DNA of 64,000 nt from Octopus vulgaris (taxonomy: Eukaryota), in assembly GCA_951406725.2 (NCBI GenBank), contig OX597814.1, forward strand, positions 214,458,001-214,522,000, written 5' to 3'. The notes under the pieces are model-generated. The model made no database searches and had not been told where the DNA came from. It saw nothing but the letters and a program-made list of their open reading frames with translations. This document shows positions 24,783 through 36,551 of this stretch, in pieces. Position 1 is the first letter of the stretch. Each line of letters opens with the position of its first letter. Both the position numbers and the translations under genes were made by a program.

Positions 24783-27700
24783 TTAGTCAAATCTTTTGTT
24801 GCCTTTATTTATACTATCACGTAAGTCTGGTTCTGAATGAAAAGTATGCATTTTACCATTTTCTTCCTCAGCTGCTTCTTCCGAAGCGGATTTTTGTAAT
24901 TGCTTCAGTTTGTCAATACGCTTTCGATCTGGTTCAAAAGAAGCAAAAAGTTCATGAAAACTATGACATCTTTCAGCATGATCATTGACTTCGTTTTCAG
25001 CAACTTTTTCAAATGATATAGGACTGTCATTAGCATTGACAAATTCCCTTGCGGATGATATACTCCAGCGACTTCTACTTTTATTTGATGAAGCTGGCGA
25101 TGACTTTTCTCTTTGCTTTTCATTATTAGAAGATTCATTTGGAGTTTCTCTACCTTGTTCATCTCTCACGTTATCATCAGACGAAGAGGGGCACTTCTCA
25201 GAGCTTTGTGACCGTTGTCTAGGTATGGGTAAAGGAGGTTTTGAAGCAGTGGAACTATCTTCTGTAGCTAAATTTTCATCAGAGAGTAATGGCTGAGGGC
25301 TCTCGTTTTCTTGCATCATCATTTGTTGAGCTATTACGATTTTTTGCCTTGCTTTTGCTTCATGTCGTTGTTTTACATTTCGTGGAGTCATAACCTTAGA
25401 AGATGATTGACTTTTTGGAGAAGATTTTGAGCTCTGTGAATCATCAGAAAACTTATTTCCTTGTTCTTCACTAATTTCACTGATTGGTCGTCTCTCATGT
25501 CTCGACCTGGTCCTAACTTTTCGATGACGATCTTCATCACTTGAGCTGAAAAGATCCAACATTTTGGCTATACTCTTTGAAACTGGTCGTTTTTTCTGTT
25601 GTACCATTTCAGCTGAACTGTCACTTGAACATGATTGTTCTTGCCGTAATTGTTGCTGGAAGTTCTGTTTTGAAATATTTCCATTTTCCAGAATTTCTTT
25701 GTTTCCATTACTGCTCTGGGATTGGCTACTAGAAGTTGTGTGTTTTACATCAAAATCAGGTGGTGTTGACTTTCTGTGATTCCTGTCGTCATCTCGTCCT
25801 GATTTTCGATGTAGACTAGAAGATCGTGGCGGAGGCTTGGGTCGAGGAGTACCATTAATCTGTCTTGAACTACCATCTGAAGTGTCAGATCGTGCGGAAG
25901 ATTTTGACCGTGATCCTTTTTCTACTGTTATTGAGGACAAATATACTCTTGGACCATCATTACCTTCTTTTCCACTATTTCTACTCTGGTGGAATTTCTT
26001 ACTTTCATGGTTCATTTCATTTGCTAGTGACCTCCTTTGGCGTCTTGTTCTTGCACGCCGTGTAGGGACATCAGAAGTAGACAATACTGAATCTCCTGAT
26101 GCATCTTCAGTTTTGATTAAAGGTGATTCAGTAACTGAAGGAGAATTTGATGTCTGAGATTCAGTTTTAACTGGGTATTTGCTACCAATATCTTTCACTG
26201 GAACTTGCATTAATTCTCGGTATCTTTGACTAGTGGTTAATCCATGGTCGGATGCTGACAAGTAGCGCATGTCAGAATGAAATGAGTCTGAACTGACGTG
26301 TCCAGCTGTGTTATCATACAGCTGGGAAAATGAAGAAGATAATCTAAAACAATGGCTTTCTTGGCTTGAATACGGAGAAGAAAAATTGCTTGGTTTGTTG
26401 CAGTCCAATAAGGTTTCATTGCCGACATTAAGTTGGGTGTAAATTTTTTCCAATTCATTAAGCGCTTCACTAAGTTTAGCTTTCCTATTTACAAAATGTT
26501 CTGTACCAGGTTTTTTGCTGCTTGAAGATTTAACATCAGCTGAAAGCATTGCACTCGTTGCAGGAGAGAACTTCTTGAGAGTGTTGAGAATTCTGTCAAG
26601 ATTTGACTCATCTGCTTTGAGTATCTTTGATTTAATTTCTGAAAGCTTATCTTCGACTTGACTCGCAAGAACTTTAAGTTCCTCTATATTTTCTTCTGGT
26701 TGAGCAGGTGTGTAGGTAGTTGGCTTTTCATTGTCTCTAAAAGCAAACATAACATTATTATTTCCTTCCTGGATATTCTTAATTAGAATGGCTAAATCAT
26801 CACCAGATGGGGAACGTTCCACCAGACCAGTGTTGATGAGTTTCTCTTTCAGCACGGAGGGATCTAGTTGATAGTTACCATTGACAACATTCTCATACTG
26901 TTTCTCTCCCAGTTTAGTCATAGACTGGTACATCACATTTCCATGGTTGCCTTCTTGAAGTTGTAAAAGATTTTGTTGGGAAGAAAACTCAGGACGTTCT
27001 GCAGAGGGACCGCTACTACAAGCAGCCTTTAACATTTGAGAATGAACTTCTAATTGATCTCCATGGTAAGACCCTGAATGATAAGACAGGGGCCTTTTTG
27101 GTGAACTTGCTTTGTGAGACATGTCCACGTGGCTGCCAAATATTTTTCTTTGACTATTTGACATTCTGTTACCAAGGACTGGCTGTAGATCCAAAAGAAC
27201 TTCATCTAATGCATTCATGTTAGCAATCTTGTTTGAAGATTTGAGACTTGAAGTTGAATATGGTTTGGATTGAGGTTTATTATCAGCATTAGATGCTGGA
27301 AAAGAAGGTAAGGAAAAAGGTTTTATATGCTGAGTAGATGCTGCATCCATTTGACAAGAAGTAAACGCTTTTGTAGAATCAATTTCAGTTGAGTTCTTTC
27401 TTTCTGAAGGAATTTCTTTCATAAGATGATCAAAGTTTGTTAATTCCTCAATTTCTTTCCAAAAAGGGTCTTCAGAAAAGGGGATTGTTTCTAGAGTTCT
27501 GGCTGTAACTCGTTCAATACTAACTGGTCCTTGATGACTGTCCATTTGAGGTGACCATATCTCTGAATCTTTGAGTTTTTCTTGCATTCCACCAATCAAA
27601 TTTTTCCAGTTACCATGTTCTGCATTTCTTCTGTTTGATATCATTTGACTAATGCTATGGTCAGATGATATATCACTTTTCCTTCTGAGGAAATTTCCAG

Positions 27701-30700
27701 CTGGTATGTTGGTATTGTTTATATCATGAGGATACAGTACAGTTTTCTTCTCATTTGCTTTCAATTCCAAAGTAGTAGATCCACTATTTGGTGCAGAAGC
27801 AGCGGTATGATGCTTCGGAATAAAAAACTGATAATCTTTGTTTGTCAGTGGGCTGGAGGCTGGTATAGCTGTATCACCTGTGTTATTACTTGAAAAATTT
27901 TTTACTGGAAGGAAAAGGGGGCTGTCTATTGTCGGTGATTTATTTATTCCTTCATGATAGCTATGGCTGAGACCATTTGCAGTTGTGTTATTTACATCTG
28001 GTGATATTTGGAGAAGACTTTTGTTTATATCGACCATAATTTTTGAATGGGTTTTACCTTTAAATAAGTCACCATCAGATATAGACCCGGTTTGTGAAAG
28101 ACTTCTGGTCATATTGCTTTTACTCATATTTTTATTTACATTAACTGGTTTGGTAGGTACATCTGAAGAATAAGGCTTTGTTGCTACAGTATCTTCATCG
28201 ATAACAGCTAAATATTTTGACCATTCACTCGCCATATGTTTTACTGTTGTTGGCAAATGGTTCTCCCCAATGTCAGGAATTTCTCCTGTTTTAATGTCGA
28301 CTGGTAGATTTTTGTGTGACGTTTTCAGTTTAGTTTCCCACTTTTTCACTCTTTCAGCTACTTCAATGTCATATTCTACATCAGAAAACATTCCAGTATC
28401 TTTTATTGGTAAGGTTAACTCATTTTCTTTCATACTAGCGTTAGTTGCGCTTACTATTGAGGGTGCAGAACAGCTTAAAGATTTTTTAATTACCTCCGGA
28501 GAGTTTTTTATTTTGTTAGATTCTGACACCAAAATACTTTCTGAAATAGTTATAAGTGGTTTATACTGGGCCATGTTTTCAGCATTTTCCAATGGCTTTG
28601 ATGGCTGATTATCTCTCTGGTTTTGGTTGGCTGCTTGTTGGGCATTATCATGAGATTTTAGCCAAGACATACAAGATTGGAATGCACTGCTCTCACAGAC
28701 AGGGGATTGTGTAATTAAAACTGGCTCTGAAATTCTAATTGGGGTTGGGCGATGAATTGGTTTTCTATCTTCAGTATAAATTTGTGAAGATGTAATGGGT
28801 TGTTTGTTTCTAGGAGTAACGGGAATTAGATTTGAACCTGTACATTGCTGTGACATTAAGACTGGTTCAGAGGACATTTTTAGTAGAACAGGTTTTGAAG
28901 TAGTGACTAATTCTGGAATTTTAGGCATAACTGGTTGTAACATCGGAATTGGTTCTGAGACCTTTGGTAAACCGGATGTTTCTGGTGCTGATATAGGTTT
29001 CTCATTTTGTGAGTTTGAATGCTGTGTTAATTGAAGAGTATTAGTGACACTCGTTGGTTCTATGTATTGTTTATTTGATTCTAACAGCTCATCAAGTGAA
29101 TCTCCATCACTGTAACATTTTGATGAATAATTCGTTGTCTGTTTTATATTCGATTCTTTGGAAATTGAATCTATGCCTGTCTTAGATCTACGATTTTTTT
29201 GTTTTTGCTCGGATTTGGATTTTTCCTTTTTTTGTTCTTGGAAAGGATGTTGATCCACTTTGGCAGGTAATTGAGGTGATTCTGGTTGTGTCGGAACATA
29301 TGGCTGAAAACTCAATGGGCGAGTGTTCAATTGAGGATTATGCCCATTCGATAAGAGAAAAGCATTTTGCAAGGAACTATTTGTTTCAAAGTTTCTGTTT
29401 TGATTAATGAAATTTTCAGGTTGTTGTTGCTGAAATGTTTGTTGCTGAAATTGTTGTTGTTGTTGTTGCTGCTGCAGCTGAGGAGGAGGAGGAGGAGGAG
29501 GACTGATACATTGGATATTGTTCCCAAAAGCAAAGGCTGTGGAATTTCTATTTGGATTGCTTGCAGCTGCCTTCCTGTTTTCACACTGAAAATTTGTATT
29601 TATTATTTGAGAATCTGTTCCATTTTTATTTTCTTTCTGTAAAGAATTGTTGAAATTATTTGCTAAACCAATATTTTGGTTATTTTTGCGAGGATATTCA
29701 ACAACAACCATTCTTGGTTTTGGTTTTTCCGGTTGGCTTGGAGGTTTGTTATCTCTTTTGAATGTGAGAGGTGGAGACAAGCTTCCACTTGCAGGAAATC
29801 CTAGAGACATAGGTCGGTAGCAAGGAAAAGAAGCTGTCATTTGAGCTGGCTTTGAAACTTCTGTCTTCAGTTTTGGTTCTAGAACAATTTGATCACCTGA
29901 AATATTAAGATAATTTGTGTACTCTTGACCAGATCTAGCGGTTACACCTTCATATTCCCCTATGGAGGCTTTTCTACCTCTTCCACGGCCTGCTTGAACT
30001 TGGGAAAGTCTCTGACGAATTTGGTTTGAAATTTCAGAGTGTGGGTTGGTTTCTTCATCAGATGTGGGATAATTTTCCATTCTCTGTTGTCTTATTTCTT
30101 CTAACCGCTGAAACTTAGCTTTTTGAGGAATGGCTGCATTAACTCTGTTAGGATTACTCCATGTATTTTGATGGTCCTGCTTGTTTCCACTTGAAGGCGA
30201 TGGAATACCTGAATGTGGCCGATTGATTGAATTTGGCATGGTTTGGCTTTTGTTTTCTTGTGGTGGTGGAGGTGGTGGTGGAGTGATTAGTTTCCATTCT
30301 GTTGCTTTGGTTTTATCATGCCGTTTTTTCTTTTTTATCAAAAGTGGGTTCCGTGTCCATCGCTTTGGTCCACTATCTCCCGAATCAGTGTCGCTGTCCG
30401 ACAGATTAATGTTAACGATATCATCATCGGAGAACTGGCGCAAACATAATGGACGAGGACTTTTGCGTGGTTCATGACTGATAGCCCATTGTGGTCCAGA
30501 TGTATCTTGTCTACTAGGGCTCAGGTGTCGTCGAGGACCTTCACTTCTTGAACGATGTCGTGCTTTGGCTTGACTGTCACTAGGTACAGCAACTCTTCTT
30601 CCTTGTCTTTCATGTCTTTCCGTCAAAGGGTCTTCCGTTGCTTGACTGGGTGTTCTTGACCCTTGACCTCTAGACAGACTTTTCAGTTTCTCATCTGCAC

Positions 30701-30701
30701 T
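24783..30701 (-). CDS. Giant terminal coding exon (~1,972 codons + TAA) of an unidentified gene. The product is S/Q/N/P/K-rich and mostly disordered, with poly-P/poly-Q tracts and a short helical or coiled-coil-like block (IEELKVLASQVEDKLSEIKSKI...KLSEALNELEKIYTQL).
   Basis: A 1947-aa stop-free ORF of non-repetitive sequence in AT-rich DNA. The frame continues upstream of the tracked TTG start (SADEKLKSLSRGQGSRTPSQATEDPL) to a polypyrimidine + TTTCAG acceptor (AG at 30703-30702). 30701-30626 = 75 nt, so the acceptor is in frame (phase 0). The stop is TAA at 24785-24783. No upstream exon was recognised in the window. Confidence 0.9.
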   Translation of the reverse strand, partial: SADEKLKSLSRGQGSRTPSQATEDPLTERHERQGRRVAVPSDSQAKARHRSRSEGPRRHLSPSRQDTSGPQWAISHEPRKSPRPLCLRQFSDDDIVNINLSDSDTDSGDSGPKRWTRNPLLIKKKKRHDKTKATEWKLITPPPPPPPQENKSQTMPNSINRPHSGIPSPSSGNKQDHQNTWSNPNRVNAAIPQKAKFQRLEEIRQQRMENYPTSDEETNPHSEISNQIRQRLSQVQAGRGRGRKASIGEYEGVTARSGQEYTNYLNISGDQIVLEPKLKTEVSKPAQMTASFPCYRPMSLGFPASGSLSPPLTFKRDNKPPSQPEKPKPRMVVVEYPRKNNQNIGLANNFNNSLQKENKNGTDSQIINTNFQCENRKAAASNPNRNSTAFAFGNNIQCISPPPPPPPQLQQQQQQQQFQQQTFQQQQPENFINQNRNFETNSSLQNAFLLSNGHNPQLNTRPLSFQPYVPTQPESPQLPAKVDQHPFQEQKKEKSKSEQKQKNRRSKTGIDSISKESNIKQTTNYSSKCYSDGDSLDELLESNKQYIEPTSVTNTLQLTQHSNSQNEKPISAPETSGLPKVSEPIPMLQPVMPKIPELVTTSKPVLLKMSSEPVLMSQQCTGSNLIPVTPRNKQPITSSQIYTEDRKPIHRPTPIRISEPVLITQSPVCESSAFQSCMSWLKSHDNAQQAANQNQRDNQPSKPLENAENMAQYKPLITISESILVSESNKIKNSPEVIKKSLSCSAPSIVSATNASMKENELTLPIKDTGMFSDVEYDIEVAERVKKWETKLKTSHKNLPVDIKTGEIPDIGENHLPTTVKHMASEWSKYLAVIDEDTVATKPYSSDVPTKPVNVNKNMSKSNMTRSLSQTGSISDGDLFKGKTHSKIMVDINKSLLQISPDVNNTTANGLSHSYHEGINKSPTIDSPLFLPVKNFSSNNTGDTAIPASSPLTNKDYQFFIPKHHTAASAPNSGSTTLELKANEKKTVLYPHDINNTNIPAGNFLRRKSDISSDHSISQMISNRRNAEHGNWKNLIGGMQEKLKDSEIWSPQMDSHQGPVSIERVTARTLETIPFSEDPFWKEIEELTNFDHLMKEIPSERKNSTEIDSTKAFTSCQMDAASTQHIKPFSLPSFPASNADNKPQSKPYSTSSLKSSNKIANMNALDEVLLDLQPVLGNRMSNSQRKIFGSHVDMSHKASSPKRPLSYHSGSYHGDQLEVHSQMLKAACSSGPSAERPEFSSQQNLLQLQEGNHGNVMYQSMTKLGEKQYENVVNGNYQLDPSVLKEKLINTGLVERSPSGDDLAILIKNIQEGNNNVMFAFRDNEKPTTYTPAQPEENIEELKVLASQVEDKLSEIKSKILKADESNLDRILNTLKKFSPATSAMLSADVKSSSSKKPGTEHFVNRKAKLSEALNELEKIYTQLNVGNETLLDCNKPSNFSSPYSSQESHCFRLSSSFSQLYDNTAGHVSSDSFHSDMRYLSASDHGLTTSQRYRELMQVPVKDIGSKYPVKTESQTSNSPSVTESPLIKTEDASGDSVLSTSDVPTRRARTRRQRRSLANEMNHESKKFHQSRNSGKEGNDGPRVYLSSITVEKGSRSKSSARSDTSDGSSRQINGTPRPKPPPRSSSLHRKSGRDDDRNHRKSTPPDFDVKHTTSSSQSQSSNGNKEILENGNISKQNFQQQLRQEQSCSSDSSAEMVQQKKRPVSKSIAKMLDLFSSSDEDRHRKVRTRSRHERRPISEISEEQGNKFSDDSQSSKSSPKSQSSSKVMTPRNVKQRHEAKARQKIVIAQQMMMQENESPQPLLSDENLATEDSSTASKPPLPIPRQRSQSSEKCPSSSDDNVRDEQGRETPNESSNNEKQREKSSPASSNKSRSRWSISSAREFVNANDSPISFEKVAENEVNDHAERCHSFHELFASFEPDRKRIDKLKQLQKSASEEAAEEENGKMHTFHSEPDLRDSINKGNKRFD

Positions 30702-30720
30702 CTGAAATTATATAAAAAAA
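30702..30720 (-). promoter_or_regulatory. 3' splice acceptor of the giant exon
   Basis: The minus strand reads TTTTTTTATATAATTTCAG|AGT GCA GAT, in frame with the long ORF. Confidence 0.75.
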
Positions 30721-30804
30721 GTAATGCTTAGAGAAAATGACTAAAAGTGAAACAAATCATATCATATATCTTTCAATTAAAAAAGAATTACAAAAATATA
30801 ACAT

Positions 30805-31228
30805 AGGCGCAGGAGTGGCTGTGTGGTAAGTATCTTGCTTACCAACCACATGGTTCCGGGTTCAGTCCCACTGCGTGGCATCTTGAGCAAGTGTCTTCTG
30901 CTATAGCCCCGGGCCGACCAATGCCTTGTGAGTGGATTTGGTAGACGGAAACTGAAAGAAGCCTGTTGTATATATGTATATAAATATATGTGTGTGTGGG
31001 TGTGGGGGGGTGTCTGTGTTTGTCCCCCTAGCATTGCTTGACAACCGATGCTGGTGTGTTTACATCCCCGTCACTTAGCGGTTCGGCAAAAGAGACCGAT
31101 AGAATAAGTACTGGGCTTACAAAGAATAAGGGACAAAGAATAAGTTCCGGGGTCGATTTGCTTGACTAAAGGCAGTGCTCCAGCATGGCCACAGTCAAAT
31201 GACTGAAACAAGTAAAAGAGAGAAAGAG
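30805..31228 (+). mobile_element. SINE family A with a 41-bp target-site duplication
   Basis: Full-length copy; 30764-30804 is repeated at 31229-31269 with one mismatch. Confidence 0.9.
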
Positions 31229-31597
31229 ATATATCTTTTAATTAAAAAAGAATTACAAAAATATAACATTTGAAAACATAATTCTTGAAAGTATTTTAAG
31301 TCGCATGCAATCTTGAGATCATGGCTGTTGGAAAATGATTAATGTGGTGTATCTAAAATCATTACTTCTGATCAAATTATAAAGAATTAAACTGTATATT
31401 TCCTGTTGTAGTATTTGCACAGGATATGCAACATTACTTCTTTCTAACAAATTAAACATGTCTGTGTGATTAAGAAATTTCTCTATTACAGCCCTGGGTT
31501 GATCAGTGCCTTGTGGATGAATCTGGTAGATGGAAAGTGTTGTATGTTATTGTCGTTGTCGTTGTTATTGTTGTTGTTGGTGCTGTTGATGCTGCTG

Positions 31598-31957
31598 TTG
31601 AGCGTAGCGGTCTTCGTCCAGTGGTAGAAGTCCGAAACGTGGTCCTTTGCTATTCGTAAGACCTGCAGAAGAGAAAGCAGGCCAACCCCCCCGACACCGA
31701 GAGCATCGACGGATGGATGAATGCGCATCCAGGCTCAGCAGTTGCGTAGGAAGTCGGAGACAAGGAACAGGAAGAAAGAGTGAGAGAAAGTTGGAGCGAA
31801 AGAGTACAACAGGGGTCGCCACCACCCCCTGCTGGAGCCTCGTGGAGCTTTAGGTGTTTTCGCTCAATAAACACACTCAATGCCTGGTCTGGGAATCGAA
31901 ACCGTGATCCTCCAACCGTGAGTCTGCTGCCCTAACCATTGGGCCATTGCACCTCCA
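31598..31957 (-). mobile_element. tRNA-derived SINE family D2 (same head as D1, different 3' half)
   Basis: The first ~190 nt match 40759-40950; the remainder is unrelated and ends in (CAA/CAG)n. Confidence 0.75.
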
Positions 31958-32411
31958 CTGTTGTTGATGCTGCTGTGCAACCATTGCCATCGTTGTTGTC
32001 ATCCTCATTGCTGTCATCTTCTTGTCCTCATTGTTCTTGTCATTGTCCTTATACTGACAGTCAGTTTTGGAAATTTCTGTTGTCTCGTCAGTAAGGACTG
32101 GCTCAACTTTGGCAGATTGTGGACTTAATTCTCTCTCAGTATATATGTTTTTATCATAGAAGTGTATGGATGATTTAGCAAATTGCTAATGTGTATACAT
32201 TAATGTAGACATCGGTTTGCAATGTTTCACCAAAATGGAAAACTATAATCGTCACTAAATGTGACTAGGGTGTTAGAAACACCTACATTGCTAGAAATAG
32301 GAGCCAAAATGCTCTAATGCATTTTAGCAATTTTTATGTGTTTTGACTACAGCATTAGAGCATTTTAGCCCTTATTTCTTGCAATGTATGTGTTTCTAGC
32401 ACCCTATTCAC

Positions 32412-32454
<43 letters not shown>

Positions 32455-32855
32455 TATAAAGTAAATCCAAACATGAAAACACAAGCAGAAAACACAACAA
32501 CGCAAAGACGTGGAACAAGTATAGTGTTATTGGACGGTCAGGAAAGGTAAGAAAGAAAGAGGATTTAACGTTTCGAGTGAAGCTCTTCGCCAGAAACATA
32601 GGAAAAGGAAAGATCGAAGGAAGGGAAGACGAAGGAAAAAAAATCGCCAAAGATACACATGCGGTCACATTTTGAAATATATATATATATATATATTTAT
32701 TATTATATTAAGGGCATTACTACATGTCAATGCCTCACACATATACACACACAAAAAAACAAGAAGAAAGTGCTGAAAATGTGCTAAATTCTTATACATA
32801 TGTTTGTTTGAGTAAAACAAGTTTTATTTTTTAACATAGGAGATAAATATTTTTA

Positions 32856-32889
<34 letters not shown>

Positions 32890-33446
32890 CAAGTAAAAAT
32901 GCAAAAACTGCAAAGATATGTTTTCACATAGCAAAAGTTTTCATATACCAGTTTTACAGTATAAATATACACTAGTGTATATTTTCAGAATCTGAGTTTT
33001 ACATACACAACATGAAAAAAGAGAGAGAGTAAAAAAAAAAAAGAAATCACATATTGCAGAAAAGTTTTTGGCGAACAGAAGTTTTACTGAATAAATTTTA
33101 GTGCATGTTGTCACCCAGAGGCATTTTGCAGAGGAAGAAAATCCTATTGTACTAAGAAAAGTCATATATCACTGACTGGGGTTGTTTTTACTGTTGTTCA
33201 GCTTTGATCCTAAAATGCATTGACAAAACATACTTTGAACTTTGATAAGCTGAATGACAGAGAACAAAAAAATTTACAAACAAACCAGAAGCATTATAAT
33301 CACTGGTTCACGTTCATCAGGAACTTTAAAACAAACCATACATGTTGTGTAATATTGTGGAAATAATAGAAAGAGCTATATTGTTTTGGATAAGCAATGA
33401 AAACCAATAACACAACAGCATATATATACATTTCAATAAACATTCG

Positions 33447-34165
33447 TATGATGTTTGTGTTGTGGAGGCACGTGGCTTAGTGGTTAGGGTGTCAGCACCA
33501 TGATCGTAAGATTGTGGTTTTGATTCCTGGACCGGGTGACGCGTTGTGTTCTTGAGCAAAACACTTCATTTCACGTTGCTCCAGTTCACTCAGCTGGCAA
33601 AATGAGTAACGCTGCGATGGACTGGCGTCCCATCCAGCTGGGGAACACATATGCTATAGAAACCGGGAAACCGGGCCCATGAGCCTGGCTAGGCTTTAAA
33701 AAAAAGGGCGCAAGAAGAAGATGATGTTTGTGTGTTAGAACTGCAATACTGCATGATAGTGAGATATGTGCCTTGAATATAGAGGACTTAAAATGACTGG
33801 AAAGGAATGAAGCAAGCATGTTCAACAGGATGTGCAATGTAAGTGTGCATGAATGACAGTATAAGTTGGCTGAGAGAAAAACTGGGCATAAGAGGAATCC
33901 TATGAAGTGTACAAGGGAAAGATTGCTTTGGTATGAACTTGTTATGCCTATGAATGAGGACAGCTGTATAAAGAAGTGCCAGTCATTTAATGTGGTTGGA
34001 GCTCACATAAAAGTGTTCCAAAACAATCTGGGATGAAATGGTGAAGGCTGATCTCAGGACCTTGAACCTCACAGTGATGTTGACAAAGGACCACAATGGG
34101 TGATGATGGACAAAGGACTGGGAAGGCTGGTGATATGCTGTTTTTGAGAAGATCTGCCCATCTTG
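33447..34165 (+). pseudogene. RTE-clade LINE 3' remnant (interrupted by SINE C)
   Basis: DVCVRTAILHDSEICAL..EDLK*LERNEASM..RMCNVSVH...LREKLGIRGI...RLLWY..VM.MNEDSCIKKC...WDEMVKADL. Other RTE scraps lie on the minus strand at ~10960-11110 and ~52720-52880. Confidence 0.75.
33464..33715 (+). mobile_element. tRNA-derived SINE family C (Meta/V-SINE-like central motif), inserted into an RTE remnant
   Basis: A box TGGCTTAGTGG, B box GGTTTTGATTCC, motif GCGATGGACTGGCGTCCCATCCAG, and TSD ATGATGTTTGTGT on both sides. Confidence 0.8.
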
Positions 34166-34304
34166 GAAGCAATGTGTGTGTGTGTGTATATATCACTGTG
34201 ACCGACCAGGCTATCAGATGTTGCTACACATCGCTGGTCACAATGTGCTTTGCATTGTTTTAGCCCTCAAATGATGCCACCCTGCTGGTTAAGTGAGCAG
34301 GCCA

Positions 34305-34378
<74 letters not shown>

Positions 34379-35274
34379 GTTAATCCAAACAAGAAAACAC
34401 CAAAAAAACACAACAACGCGAAGACATGGAACAAGTATAGTATTATTGGACGCTCAGGAAAGAAGGAAAGAAGGATGGTTTAACGTTTCGAGCGGAGCTC
34501 TTTGTCGGAAACATAGGAGAAGGAAAGATCCAGAGAAGGGAAGACAGAGTAAAAAATATCGCCAACGGTACACACAAGGTCTATATATATATATATATAT
34601 GCACAAATGGGTACCTCCTTCAATATCTTCCTTGAATACCCCACTCTGCTAATCATCTCTCTCTTGATACCACTTTATTTTTCTTGCTTCCTGGAACCAT
34701 TTTATTTGTTAGTTATTCTTCATGCATTAATATTGCTCTTTCTGTTCTCATGTTAAATTGGTCAACCCACCCCCCACCACTGAGCCACAAAATTAATCCT
34801 CCTCATGCACTATGGTTCTCTCTCTCTCTACTTCTCCAGACTAACCAACCACGTGTCATCTCTCTCTCTCTCTCTACTTCCTCTTGTCAGCTATATCATC
34901 ACTGCTATCCTGTTGCTCTCCCCACTACTCTCTTCTCTATCCTTCTACCTCCTCCAACTCATGCATCACTGGTCATCTCCACCCTTTATTCTCTACTCCC
35001 TACATCTACTCTTCAACCCCACCTAATCTTTACAGTTTTGTCTACCTCCCCTCACCTCTCCCATTCCTCCATCTTTTGCTCCCTCATACACTCTTGCAAA
35101 CCCCCACCCCTACTCCAAGCTCCTCTATCTGCAATCACTTCTATTCACCTTGTACCTTGAGGGGTCACATACACACCTCATCACAACTATTTATTTCTTT
35201 GTAGCTCCTACTCATCTGTCCAGCCCTTTCTTCTAAATATTTTTCGATGTTATTATTATCATTATTATTATTAT

Positions 35275-35562
35275 TCAGTAGTTTTATTTTTATAGCGTGC
35301 TTTCACTTCACTACCGAGCGCAGCTCTGTGTGCCTTGGGTATGTGCTGTGATTTGTTGTGATGCTCTGATGGTTATTGTATGGAAAGTGTTCTGCGCAGG
35401 ATGTGTGCAATGCCTAGCAGTGCAATTTTCTGTATGTTATATGTGTTTGTAAGTCCTGGTGTTTTTGTTATGTATTTGTCTGAATATTTTTTTATCATGC
35501 CTAATGCACCTACTATGATAGGAATTGTTTCTGTTTTCAGGTTCCACATTCTAGTTACCTTT
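35275..35562 (-). pseudogene. Shorter 3' fragment of the same R4/Dong-like element in (TAA)n
   Basis: VTRMWNLKTETIPIIVGALGMIKK...IQKIALLGIAHILRRTLSIQ*, with the same 3' UTR as 5353-5785. Confidence 0.8.
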
Positions 35563-35569
35563 ATTATTA

Positions 35570-35638
<69 letters not shown>

Positions 35639-35639
<1 letters not shown>

Positions 35640-35790
35640 GTGAGAGAGCAGTGCATGCCATCAAAGTGACACTGGGGTAAAATATACAAAGCCCAGTATA
35701 CCCATCATAACTACCCGTCTGATAAAGGTACACCAGGCACATGCATCACAACCATATGTGTGCAACATGGTGATCTCATATTAAGATAAA
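35639..35790 (-). mobile_element. Family E fragment
   Basis: Matches 5850-6000. Confidence 0.7.
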
Positions 35791-36122
35791 CCCAATTTTC
35801 AGCTTATTTTGTTCAAGAAGCCAAGTATATGGTCAAATAAGGTTCAGGAGGTCAGAGTTCAAAGGGTTAATAATATCAATATAATTACTGAATCTGACCA
35901 GTTATGTAAGAATGAGTAAAAAGATTAGAAAGAGTAAAGAACTCGAATCATCCTATAGTTGGATGCCCTTCATATTGCCAGCTCTCACCTGTTTCCAAGT
36001 AAGGTAATACTTGCTCCCCATGACCAGACATGTTTTTCACAGAAGAATGAAAATGAAGGACACTGCTGGCATGATGGTGACATTTGTTTACGGTATCACA
36101 TGCAGTCTAAGTAAAGAGACAT

Positions 36123-36193
<71 letters not shown>

Positions 36194-36551
36194 CATTCAT
36201 GTATGTAAGTATGTGTGTGCAAGGCTTTGGTCATCCCTGGTCTATAGTAGAAGACACTTGCCCAAGGTACCTTGCTGTGGGACTGAACCCAAGGTCATGT
36301 GGTTGGGAAGCAAGCTTCTTACCACACAGTCATGCATTTGCCCAGTAATTACATGTAGTATTATAAAATAGTGTAAAGTGATAGTGTAGAATGAGGTAAC
36401 CATATAATAATACAACTATATAGACGAGGAAATAATAACTTTCAAGATAGGAAAGTGATATGATTATAAGTATAAAGAGGTTATGACATAAATATCGTTA
36501 CAATATGGATGAAGTAAAAATAACTTTTTTTTTACTAGATGTTAATTCAAA

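Noticed and set aside
24905-30477. Short ORFs nested in or antisense to the giant exon
   Set aside because: Shadow ORFs of the real reading frame, with no independent support.
24783-30701. Assigning a gene symbol to the long ORF
   Set aside because: No domain or motif that I can recognise with confidence; the N-terminal exons were not found in this window.
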